A DNA stretch of 64,000 bases from Candidatus Latescibacterota bacterium (GTDB lineage Bacteria; Latescibacterota; UBA2968; UBA8231). The stretch spans positions 2,816,001 through 2,880,000 of the forward strand of contig CBDFJF010000002.1 in assembly GCA_965248265.1 (NCBI GenBank). Reading direction: 5' to 3'. The translations under genes and the position numbers were made by a program. Below are positions 9,422 through 18,419 of this stretch, piece by piece (within the stretch, counting starts at the first letter, position 1; the number at the start of each line of letters is the position of its first letter). Below the pieces are notes generated by a model that saw nothing but the letters and a program-made list of their open reading frames with translations, had not been told where the DNA came from and did no database searches.

Positions 9422-9499
9422 CATAAATACCCATATATACCCACTGCCAGAACTGTTCGCACTGCCACAACATGAGTCCCCTATAGATCGGAGACTGGA

Positions 9500-11794
9500 A
9501 TGAACACCAATGCCATCAGGGTCGCATTCCTCTCAGTGGTGTGTCTGAGCACCAGTTCCTCCCAATCACACGCAGCAGACGCTGGTCAGATGCCCGACTG
9601 GTTCGGCGCACCTGTCGAGCGCGACCGGCATACCACGTTGATTGCCCGCTTCGACGACGCCGAGAGCTGTGATGCCGATTACGCACGCGGGGACCATCGG
9701 TCCAACGGGCTTTGGTTCGACCCTTCTGTGAACGGCAAGCTCGGAGGCGGCGTTTCGATCGACAAAGGCCAGTCGCAGATCCATTTCTCCGGTAAGGGCA
9801 ACATGCGGGAAGCTCGTGGCACGCTGCAGTTGTGGGTGCGTGGCAAGAAGGGCGGAAACATCTGGAACGACGGCAAGGGTCACTGGTTCTTCTCGGCTCG
9901 GGCCACCGACAATGACCTCCAACTCTACAAACACACGGATAACAAGCTGAGGTTGGTTTGGGGCCGAAGACCGTACAAGGGCGAGGAGAACGTGGTCGGT
10001 TCGCTCGAGGTCCCCGTGCACGACCTGAAACCTAAAGCCTGGCATCACCTGGCGGTTTCCTGGGATTCAAATGCGGGACGCATCTGGTTGGCAGTGAATG
10101 GGAAATGGCGCAGCATTCAAATGGAAAGCCCGATGAATGTGCACGAGTTCTTCCTGGTCTTTCTCGGAGCTTCCCATGATGGCGGCTGGGACAAGAAGGA
10201 CGCGACCATCGCCTTTGCCACCGCGGGAGCAACGCTGGACGAGCTCAAGATCAGTGACATCACTATGCCGGAGATGGTGGCTTTGCACGGCTCGGAGACC
10301 CATCTGACGGACGATCTGGCCATACGGCTCAACGACGCCATCACCAAGCATCTCGATTTTATGGCGATGCACCAGCGTAACGGCGCCTGGAGCGCGCCGG
10401 CCTACTCATGGCCAGCCATGATACCATGCGAGACCAGCTATCGTCCCTTCGCGCACGCTGGCCGCTGGGTCAACTTCGTGCACGGCGCCAACGGAACTCC
10501 TGGCCTGGGCCAGCTCTACCTGCTGGCCTACAAGGTTCTGGGCGATCAGCGCTATCTGGACATTGCCGAGCAGGCCGGTGATTGGGTGGTAGCTGCTCAA
10601 GACCCGGAAGGCTACTGGTTCTTCCGCTACGATCGCCACACGGCAAGCAGGCCGACGATGAAGGGGAAGGAGACGCGGACGGCCTTCCATGATGGGTTGC
10701 AGCACATGCCGGCTATGTTGCTGGCTTCTCTCTATGAGACCACGGGAGACGTGAAGTGGCTGCAGGCCTTCAAGCGTTCGTCCGAGTTTCTGCTGGGGGC
10801 GCAGAATCCGAACGGCAGCTGGTCACACAATTACGATGTCGCCACGAAAACGAGCGAAAATCGCTTCGGCGAGCTGCAGGCAGGCGATTTCAGCAACGGC
10901 ATCATGCATTCGCAGATGACGGTTATGCTGATGGCCTACGGAATCACGGGTGAAAATAAGTACGCGGAGTCTTTGGTGCGGGCCGCCGACTGGATCATCA
11001 GCGCACAGCTGGGGCCGCCGACCTATGGCTGGGCCGCTCACTACAATGAGGACAACAAGCCTTCATGGGGGCGGGTTTTCGAGCCGCCCTCGATGTCTGG
11101 AGTTGGTGCGCAGGATTTGCTGATGTCGATGTACGACATGACGGGGAACGCGGGCTACCTGGAACCGGTGGCCAAGTACGCTCGGTGGCAGCAGGAGAGC
11201 TCGACGGTAACGCTGACGTTTGCCGATGGCGCTGAAAAGCAGGGGAGTTCGCAATACTACGAGATCGACACTGGCAGGGGAATTCGATCGAATAACAAGA
11301 CCATCGTTCACCTGGACGATGCCGAAGAGCGGGCGGCAATGCTAGCGGATCTGATGGCCAATCCGGACAAGCTCTCGGACGAGGAGTTTCGCTGGGTGGG
11401 TCCGCCCGATCCGGATGCCACGGCCGATCACCTCGCCATGAGGCAGGGTGGAGCCAGACCGGAACCGCAGGCCATGACCGAGGCCGAGATGGTCGCCTGG
11501 ATTGAGGAGATGACGCCGAAAGTGGAGCAGATGCTGGCAACGCAGAATGCTCACGGTGTCTGGCCCCGGGTCGACGATCGCATCACCACCATCGGCCAGA
11601 AGGTGATGATGTTCGAGTACAACATCAGCGAGATGCTCACAATGCTGCAGCAATCGAAGATTCTTTCCGGCGAGCTCGACGGTCAGATCTGGATCTACCC
11701 ATCGATCCTGCCTTATTACCATGGCTTGCCGCTGTTGAAGTATCGCAACTGGCGGGCGGGGGCGACGAAGGCCCTGATGTCGATGTCGCACTAG
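9500..11794 (+). CDS. Secreted LamG + (alpha/alpha)-barrel protein, PL10 pectate-lyase-like
   Basis: Signal peptide (..SHA/AD), WHHLAVSWD LamG motif, AQNPNGSW, GWAAHYNEDNKPSWGRVFEPPS resembling the PL10 motif. Confidence 0.65.
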   Translation: MNTNAIRVAFLSVVCLSTSSSQSHAADAGQMPDWFGAPVERDRHTTLIARFDDAESCDADYARGDHRSNGLWFDPSVNGKLGGGVSIDKGQSQIHFSGKGNMREARGTLQLWVRGKKGGNIWNDGKGHWFFSARATDNDLQLYKHTDNKLRLVWGRRPYKGEENVVGSLEVPVHDLKPKAWHHLAVSWDSNAGRIWLAVNGKWRSIQMESPMNVHEFFLVFLGASHDGGWDKKDATIAFATAGATLDELKISDITMPEMVALHGSETHLTDDLAIRLNDAITKHLDFMAMHQRNGAWSAPAYSWPAMIPCETSYRPFAHAGRWVNFVHGANGTPGLGQLYLLAYKVLGDQRYLDIAEQAGDWVVAAQDPEGYWFFRYDRHTASRPTMKGKETRTAFHDGLQHMPAMLLASLYETTGDVKWLQAFKRSSEFLLGAQNPNGSWSHNYDVATKTSENRFGELQAGDFSNGIMHSQMTVMLMAYGITGENKYAESLVRAADWIISAQLGPPTYGWAAHYNEDNKPSWGRVFEPPSMSGVGAQDLLMSMYDMTGNAGYLEPVAKYARWQQESSTVTLTFADGAEKQGSSQYYEIDTGRGIRSNNKTIVHLDDAEERAAMLADLMANPDKLSDEEFRWVGPPDPDATADHLAMRQGGARPEPQAMTEAEMVAWIEEMTPKVEQMLATQNAHGVWPRVDDRITTIGQKVMMFEYNISEMLTMLQQSKILSGELDGQIWIYPSILPYYHGLPLLKYRNWRAGATKALMSMSH

Positions 11795-11802
11795 CCCCAC
11801 CT

Positions 11803-13755
11803 ATGTCGGGCCTGTTTACCTACCGATCGCTCGTAGTCGGCACCCTATTCACCCTCGCCATCAGCGTCGGTTTTACCTACGCGCGGCTGGTGCTGTCGGC
11901 GGCGGGGATGTCGTCCGACTACATCACCGCTGGCGCCATCTTTCTGTTCTTCATCCTGACCGCCTTCATCAATCCGATCATCAGGCTGTTCAGGAGATCC
12001 TGGAGCTTTTCGCGCGCCGAACTGATCATCATCTACGTCATGATGATTGTCGCCTCGGCGATTCCGACTTGGGGATTCTCCGGCAACTTCGTCGGCATGC
12101 TGCCGGCCGTCTATTTCTTCGCCACGCCGGAGAACAACTGGAAGGAACTCCTCCATCCCCACATCAAGAGCTGGATGGTGATTCAGGACGAAGACGCCAT
12201 CCGCTACTTCTATGAAGGCCTGCCAGAGGGAGCCTCCATACCGTGGGGAGAGTGGGTGGTGCCGCTGGCGGCGTGGGGTTCCTTCATCATCGCCATATAC
12301 CTGATGATGGTCACCTGCATGGTCTTGATCCGGCGGCAGTGGATGGACCATGAGCGCCTGAGTTTCCCACTGGTCCAACTGCCGCTGGAGATGATCGAGG
12401 ACGACGGCGGCATTCTCAGTCCGTTTCTCAAGGACCCGCTGATGTGGCTCGGCTTCCTGGTTCCGTTCTCACTGCTGGGCATGACAGGACTCAACCACTA
12501 CTTCCCCCAGGTACCGGAGCCCAACCTCTACAACTACACCAATCTGTTCGGTCCCGGAGGCGGTGGTCTGGAGTTCCTGCTCAATTTCATGGTGATCGGG
12601 CTGGCGTATTTCTTGAGCCTGGACGTGGCGCTGAGTATCTGGCTGTTCCACGTGCTGGTGAGGCTGCAGATGGGGATCGAGTCCCTGGTCGGCCACCAGA
12701 TTCCAGGTGAGATTGAGATCTTCATGGAAGGTACCCTCACCGTCGCGCATCAGGGGATGGGAGCGATGGTGGCCCTGGTCTTGTACGGCCTCTTCCTCAG
12801 CAGGGGGCACCTGAAGTCGGTGGCGCGCAAGGTATGGTTCAATTCGGATGAGATCGACGACAGTGAAGAGATCCTGTCGTACCGGACGGCGACGCTGATT
12901 CTGGGAATCTGCACCCTGTACGTGAACGGCTGGCTCAACATGTCGGGTATGCCGCTATGGGTGAGTGTGGTTTTTCTGGCGGTTGCCTTCTCCATCTTCT
13001 ATGGCCTGTCGCGCATCATCGCCGAGGGGGGTATCGGCTTCACGCGGCCACAAATGACGGCTCAACCCCCGGTGATCAATTTCCTTGGTACCGACGCGGT
13101 CACAGCCCCTGGAATCGTCAGCATGGCCTTTACCTACAGCTGGGCTGGCAATCTGCGGGTACTGGTCATGGCTTCCGTCATCAATTCGATGAAAATGGCC
13201 GAGCGTGTCGGGGTGCTGCGCCGGCCCTTGTTCTGGGCCATTCTGCTGGCGATCGTCGTCAGCCTCTTCAGCTCCATCCTGCTGATTATCTGGTTGGGCT
13301 ACCGGCACGGCGGCATCAACCTGGAAGGCTATGTCTATCAACACATGGGCACCGGCGTCGCCTATTTCGCCGCCTACAAGATCACCAACCCTGCCAACCT
13401 CATCGACCAGCTCGATATCGTCGGTCCTCGCTTCGTCTATACCGGCATCGGTGCGGGGGTGATGAGCTTGCTGATTTTTCTCCGGCACCATTTTCTGTGG
13501 TGGCCGACGCATTATCTGGGTTTCGCCATCAGCGCCACCAATATGACATCAGCCTGCTGGTTCGGTATCATGATAGGTTGGTTGTGTAAGCTGCTGGTGC
13601 TGAAGTACGGTGGGCCGAAGCCGTACCAGCGTCTGCGGCCGCTGTTTTTGGGGTTCATCCTGGGGCAGATTTCTGGCTCGGGGTTCTGGACAGTGCTGGA
13701 TTTTGTTCTGGGCGGGACCGGCAACAAGGTCCCTGTATTCTCGCATCATTTCTAA
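11803..13755 (+). CDS. Polytopic membrane protein, DUF6785/DUF6784-type putative transporter
   Basis: Many hydrophobic segments; RRQWMDHERLSFPL, RIIAEGG, WWPTHYLG, KYGG..YQRLRPLFLG motifs. Confidence 0.7.
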   Translation: MSGLFTYRSLVVGTLFTLAISVGFTYARLVLSAAGMSSDYITAGAIFLFFILTAFINPIIRLFRRSWSFSRAELIIIYVMMIVASAIPTWGFSGNFVGMLPAVYFFATPENNWKELLHPHIKSWMVIQDEDAIRYFYEGLPEGASIPWGEWVVPLAAWGSFIIAIYLMMVTCMVLIRRQWMDHERLSFPLVQLPLEMIEDDGGILSPFLKDPLMWLGFLVPFSLLGMTGLNHYFPQVPEPNLYNYTNLFGPGGGGLEFLLNFMVIGLAYFLSLDVALSIWLFHVLVRLQMGIESLVGHQIPGEIEIFMEGTLTVAHQGMGAMVALVLYGLFLSRGHLKSVARKVWFNSDEIDDSEEILSYRTATLILGICTLYVNGWLNMSGMPLWVSVVFLAVAFSIFYGLSRIIAEGGIGFTRPQMTAQPPVINFLGTDAVTAPGIVSMAFTYSWAGNLRVLVMASVINSMKMAERVGVLRRPLFWAILLAIVVSLFSSILLIIWLGYRHGGINLEGYVYQHMGTGVAYFAAYKITNPANLIDQLDIVGPRFVYTGIGAGVMSLLIFLRHHFLWWPTHYLGFAISATNMTSACWFGIMIGWLCKLLVLKYGGPKPYQRLRPLFLGFILGQISGSGFWTVLDFVLGGTGNKVPVFSHHF

Positions 13756-13840
13756 GAGGAAAGAGGAGTCCACATAGTGAACGGTATCGCTTCACTACGT
13801 CACCGAGCTCCGGTGACAACTACGGAAAAGGGGAAATGAG

Positions 13841-14566
13841 ATGAATCAGGTATCACCAGAGGTTTTCGAGGGACTCAGGGAGCTGGACACAGCGACCCTG
13901 TTCAACGCCGTAATCGAGGCACGGGGAGCGAGCCAGGGCGGTAGAGAGCTGGAGGGCCAGGGAGGGATGCCCCTGAACTACATGGCGCCGGGAATGCAGT
14001 GCATGCTGCCCCAGCACGGCATGGCGGTCGGCTACGCCGTCACCTGCGAGCTGTCGACACACGATCCAGACGGACCAACCATTCCGTGGTATGACTACTA
14101 CGACTTCCTCGACGAGTCTCCGGGGCCGATGGTGACGATCATGAAGGATGTCGACACCATCGCCGGTCGCGGCGCCTCTCTCGGTGATGGCATGTCGGCC
14201 ACACACAAGCATCTGGGCGTAACGGGCATCGTCGTCGACGGCTCGATACGCGATCTCGCCGGTATCGAGCGTGTCGGGCTGCCCGTGTGGGGGACGGGAG
14301 TAACCCCCGGTCACGGAATCTTGAGTCTGGTGCGCCAGAATGAGCCCATTGTCGTCAACGAGCTCGTCATCCATCCGGGCGAGATCGTCGCTGCCGACCG
14401 CGATGGAGTTGTCAAGATTCCGGCGGGTGACGACGTGGCAAAGGTCGTGGAGAAAGGGCGCGAAATCCTCGAACGCGAGGCCGATTACCATGCCATATTC
14501 GCCGACCCCAATCTGACCTGGGCAGGCGTCAAGGAGTACCAGGCTAACATGAGGAAGAGCAGGTAG
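13841..14566 (+). CDS. RraA/HMG-aldolase family protein
   Basis: VGYAVT, LGDGM, GIVVDGSIRD, HPGEIVAADRDGVVKIP. Confidence 0.88.
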   Translation: MNQVSPEVFEGLRELDTATLFNAVIEARGASQGGRELEGQGGMPLNYMAPGMQCMLPQHGMAVGYAVTCELSTHDPDGPTIPWYDYYDFLDESPGPMVTIMKDVDTIAGRGASLGDGMSATHKHLGVTGIVVDGSIRDLAGIERVGLPVWGTGVTPGHGILSLVRQNEPIVVNELVIHPGEIVAADRDGVVKIPAGDDVAKVVEKGREILEREADYHAIFADPNLTWAGVKEYQANMRKSR

Positions 14567-14595
14567 GGAAAGGGAGCGGACGATGGTGAATCCGG
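14477..14595 (+). repeat. Diverged direct repeat, copy 1 (rraA 3' end, RBS and first codons of next gene)
   Basis: 64/90 nt identical without gaps to 18303-18392; both followed by AGCGGA-N2-ATG G.. Confidence 0.85.
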
Positions 14596-14599
14596 TTGC

Positions 14600-14745
14600 C
14601 AACGACATCGGCAATGTACACGTCTCTCAAATTGGCGTGCGTAGTCGATCGCCTCCTGGATGCCGCCAGTGGTTGAGGGTGACGACAAACTCGCGCAGCC
14701 TCTGGCACTCGTCGTCTGTCAGAATCCCCGGCACGACGAGAAACT
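14600..14745 (-). pseudogene. Fused remnants: PhyH-dioxygenase-like N-terminus plus an unrelated GIQEAIDYA fragment
   Basis: Manual translation FLVVPGILTDDECQRLREFVV, then in other frames TTGGIQEAIDYARQ and RDVYIAD. Confidence 0.5.
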
Positions 14746-14888
14746 GTCATGACATCACCTCAATCGCCCCGGTCTTCGTCCCCTCGCCGTCAGGCGTGGA
14801 GGAGAGGAGCCGATTTGTGTACCTTTCCGACCACTCGTTGGAGCCTGCATGACATTTGAGCGACCATTGAGGACTGTGGCGGCAATTT

Positions 14889-16973
14889 ATGGCACCTGAG
14901 CCAGCACTAGCGCGAGTAAAGATTCCCTTCGGCCAGGCCATGCGCATGGTTGGGCCGTATGCGGGGAACAAGATCGTTGAACAGATCCGCAGTATCTCCC
15001 TGATCGTCGCCTACTTGGTGTTGTTCCAGCTGATCGTGCTTGGTATTCCGATCGCCGACGCCACGGTTGTGGCGCTGGGCATCGGTGTCGTCATCCTCGG
15101 CTTGGCCCTCTTTATGGAAGGGCTGTTCCTCGGACTCATGCCCCTGGGCGAAATCTGCGGCATCATGCTGCCCCAGAGGACGGCGCTACCGGTCATCCTC
15201 ATCTTTGCCTTCATCCTCGGACTCGGGGCGACATTCGCTGAGCCAGCGATCGGCGTCCTCAAATCGGCCGGAATTTCGGTGAAGGCATGGAATGCGCCGC
15301 TCCTCTTCCTGCTGCTGAACAAACATTCGGCCATCCTCGTGTGGGCGGTAGGCGGTGGCGTCGGCCTCGCCGTGCTCTTCGGTATGTTGCGGTTTCTCTA
15401 TCACTGGTCCCTGAAGCCTTTCATCTTCTTGCTCTACGCCGCCATCGGATCGATCTCCCTGTGGGCTTTTTACGATCCCAATCTCGTCCATATCACGGGA
15501 CTAGCCTGGGACTGCGGCGCTGTGACCACCGGACCGGTCACTGTGCCTCTCGTGCTGGCCCTCGGAATCGGCATCTCGCGCGTGGCCTCCCAGGGAGAGG
15601 GCGGCACGGCGGGTGGATTCGGGGTCGTCACCCTGGCATCTGCCTTTCCCATCCTGGCTGTCCTCGGGCTGGGTCTGATGTTGCTGCCGGGCACGCTGAG
15701 CCCAATGAGCGATGTCGAGTTCGCGAGCCAGGCGAACCGGACCCAGGCAGTGCAGCTGTTTGACGACGAACGCGAGCTCAAAGGTTACGTCCTGCGTCAC
15801 GGCAGCGTGGGGGCGCGGTCCGCTTTTTTCGGTGACGGAGATGCACTCGACGATGAAGTCGCCAGAATTTCCGGTGATGCAGCCGAGCAGACCGCGACCT
15901 TCGGAAGTCCTTCAGCGTTCGAGCGTTGGCTCCTCACCAACGGCAGTCACCAACAGCGCGTACGCGTGTACGAAACGGAACAGCGCGTGCGCGAAAAGCT
16001 CGCGAAGTTGGCCGACGCCCCGGAAGGTCAGCTGGACACGAAGGAGCTGTTCGCCCGCAACAGTCTCGCCGCAGTACAGGCGATCGTGCCGTTGAGCCTG
16101 CTCCTGATTCTCGTTTTGCTCGTCGTCCTTCGCGAGCGGATCAGGCGTGCTGACGAGGTAGCGCTCGGTATCCTGCTGGCCGTGATGGGGATGTCGCTGT
16201 TCAGCGTCGGTATCGAGCTTGGCCTGTCCCGTTTAGGCAGCGAAATCGGCACCAACCTGCCGTCGTCGTTCAAAGCTGTGGAGATGGGCCAGGAGAAAAC
16301 CGTCATCCGCAACTTCGATCCCGCCATCGTTTCGCAGGCGATCACCCAGGAGGGGGAGCTGCGTGGGTTTTTCACCAGCAAGACCGAAGAGGGCTACGAG
16401 GAGCTGCCATACTCTCCCGATAGTTACGACGTCAGCACCGGCCGCTATTCATTCACGCCGCTTCGGGGTCCGCTGTTCGAGGGTATTTTCGGCGTTTTGG
16501 TGGTCGTCTTCTTCGGATTCATGATGGGCTACAGCGCCACTCTGGCGGAACCTGCCCTGAATGCGCTGGGGGCCACCGTGGAGGAGCTGACCGTCGGCAC
16601 CTTCCGCAAGACTCTGCTCATGCAGGCAGTTGCCATCGGTGTCGGTGTCGGCATTGCCCTCGGCGTCGCCAAGATCATCTACGACTGGCCGTTGATCTGG
16701 ATGCTGGTACCGCCCTATGCCGCATTGATGGTGCTCACCGTCATTTCCAGCGAGGATTTCGTCAACATCGGTTGGGACAGCGCCGGCGTCACCACCGGAC
16801 CCGTGACGGTGCCGCTGGTATTGGCCATGGGGCTCGGTATCAGCGCCCAGGTGGGAAGCGTCGAGGGCTTCGGCATTCTCGCACTCGCATCCGTCTGTCC
16901 GATTCTGGCAGTCCTCCTCGTGGGTCTCCACGTCACCCATCGCCGCCGTGAAGAAGTGGAATCGGCGTCATGA
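14889..16973 (+). CDS. Tandem DUF1538 membrane protein
   Basis: Two AEPA motifs and two signatures AWDCGAVTTGPVTVPLVLALG and GWDSAGVTTGPVTVPLVLAMG. Confidence 0.88.
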   Translation: MAPEPALARVKIPFGQAMRMVGPYAGNKIVEQIRSISLIVAYLVLFQLIVLGIPIADATVVALGIGVVILGLALFMEGLFLGLMPLGEICGIMLPQRTALPVILIFAFILGLGATFAEPAIGVLKSAGISVKAWNAPLLFLLLNKHSAILVWAVGGGVGLAVLFGMLRFLYHWSLKPFIFLLYAAIGSISLWAFYDPNLVHITGLAWDCGAVTTGPVTVPLVLALGIGISRVASQGEGGTAGGFGVVTLASAFPILAVLGLGLMLLPGTLSPMSDVEFASQANRTQAVQLFDDERELKGYVLRHGSVGARSAFFGDGDALDDEVARISGDAAEQTATFGSPSAFERWLLTNGSHQQRVRVYETEQRVREKLAKLADAPEGQLDTKELFARNSLAAVQAIVPLSLLLILVLLVVLRERIRRADEVALGILLAVMGMSLFSVGIELGLSRLGSEIGTNLPSSFKAVEMGQEKTVIRNFDPAIVSQAITQEGELRGFFTSKTEEGYEELPYSPDSYDVSTGRYSFTPLRGPLFEGIFGVLVVVFFGFMMGYSATLAEPALNALGATVEELTVGTFRKTLLMQAVAIGVGVGIALGVAKIIYDWPLIWMLVPPYAALMVLTVISSEDFVNIGWDSAGVTTGPVTVPLVLAMGLGISAQVGSVEGFGILALASVCPILAVLLVGLHVTHRRREEVESAS

Positions 16974-16992
16974 CCTGCAGCGTGAGACAGTC

Positions 16993-18108
16993 ATGGAAAC
17001 GGTAAAAGCGGCCCTCGTCACCTGCACCATCTACAATCCCGTAACCGACAAGGTGCTGGACACCTTGAAGGCGCTGGATGTGCAGGAGTATCACTTGCAG
17101 CCGAGTCGCGCCGTCGTTCTCAAGCGTCGGACCGGGTTCCTCGGCATCGGAGCGGGAATCGTGATGGAAGAGGAGCCGGCGGACAAGCTCATGTTCTTCG
17201 TCCCCTTGGCTGATGCGAAGATCGCCGTCCAGGCGCTGGTGGCCGCCGGCAGCCTGAATATCCCCGGCCATGGCAGCGCCGTGTACGAGGAGGTGGAGAT
17301 CTGTCGGGGATCCACCTGGGAAGAGCACTCGCTGACCCCTGTCCCCGGAACAGAAAGCATCGTCACCGAAGAGAACCTCGCCAGCCTGACCTGCACCGTG
17401 CAGCGCGGCCGCGGTGACAGAATCGTCAAAGCCGTACTCGGCCTGGGCGTGCCTATGCCCCATGTCACCACCGGCGAGGGCACCGGGTTGCGGGAGAAGC
17501 TGGGATTGATCAGAGTTGCCGTACCAGCTGGAAAGGATGTCGTGCACGCCGTCGCTTCAGAGCACGAAGCGACCGACATTCTCGGATCACTCGTCGACAC
17601 GGCGAGACTGGACCGCTTCGGTTCCGGCTTCATCTACGAGTCGCCCATTGCCGGGGGCGTCGTCAACAACATGGTCATCCGCGGCCAGCGGCACTCCGCC
17701 AGTATTGAGCAACTGATCGGCGCCGTCGACAAGCTGATGGGATCCACCGACTGGCGCAAACGATCCCTGGGCGGCGACGACCCCACCAAGAGACACAAAT
17801 ATCTCTTCGACCTCGTCAGCCTGACCTTAATCTGCAATGAAGGTCGAGCCAGCGATCTTGTGCGGGCGGCGCTAGCCGCCGGCGCCGGAGGAGCGACGAT
17901 CAGCAAAGCGCGCCACGCCCACATGGATGGCGCCGTCACCGCGGTATCCGCGGCGCGAGAGATGACTGACCTGGTTATCGGGACGGATATGGTTGACGAA
18001 ATCTCCGCGAGCCTGGAAGCGGTCGGTGTGTTCGACGAGGAGACGGCAGGGCTTGTGGCGCTGAAGACTGTGAAGGTCGCCTGCACCCACCCGTTCGTCG
18101 ATCGCTGA
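16993..18108 (+). CDS. Protein with three tandem PII-like domains
   Basis: Three ~100-aa units starting VTCTIYN, LTCTVQRG and LTLICNEG; L..PGHGS, LDRFGSGFIY and AAGAGGATI motifs; directly follows DUF1538. Confidence 0.72.
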   Translation: METVKAALVTCTIYNPVTDKVLDTLKALDVQEYHLQPSRAVVLKRRTGFLGIGAGIVMEEEPADKLMFFVPLADAKIAVQALVAAGSLNIPGHGSAVYEEVEICRGSTWEEHSLTPVPGTESIVTEENLASLTCTVQRGRGDRIVKAVLGLGVPMPHVTTGEGTGLREKLGLIRVAVPAGKDVVHAVASEHEATDILGSLVDTARLDRFGSGFIYESPIAGGVVNNMVIRGQRHSASIEQLIGAVDKLMGSTDWRKRSLGGDDPTKRHKYLFDLVSLTLICNEGRASDLVRAALAAGAGGATISKARHAHMDGAVTAVSAAREMTDLVIGTDMVDEISASLEAVGVFDEETAGLVALKTVKVACTHPFVDR

Positions 18109-18302
18109 GACTGCCTCGCACGGCCGCGACGCGTCCACCTCATCGAAGTATAGGTTTCAGCTTCTGCCCGTCCGGCCTGTCGAGAATTCGCTGATTCGCA
18201 TTCTCGATAATCCACTACATGAAACGCGCGTCGTCCTCGGTGAGGGCGGCGAACGGTGCCTCGAGTCAAAGTGACGCCCCTCGCACTCCGAACTAGAAGA
18301 GG

Positions 18303-18419
18303 GAGGCCAGGTACCATGTCATATTCGCCGATCCCGATCTGACCTGGGAGGGTATCAAGGATGTCCAGAAAAAGATGTTCTCGAAGAAATAGAGAGATAG
18401 CGGATCATGGCAGACCCGG
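18303..18419 (+). repeat. Diverged direct repeat, copy 2 (orphan rraA 3' end before the fucosidase)
   Basis: Encodes EARYHVIFADPDLTWEGIKDVQKKMFSKK* versus EADYHAIFADPNLTWAGVKEYQANMRKSR*. Confidence 0.85.
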
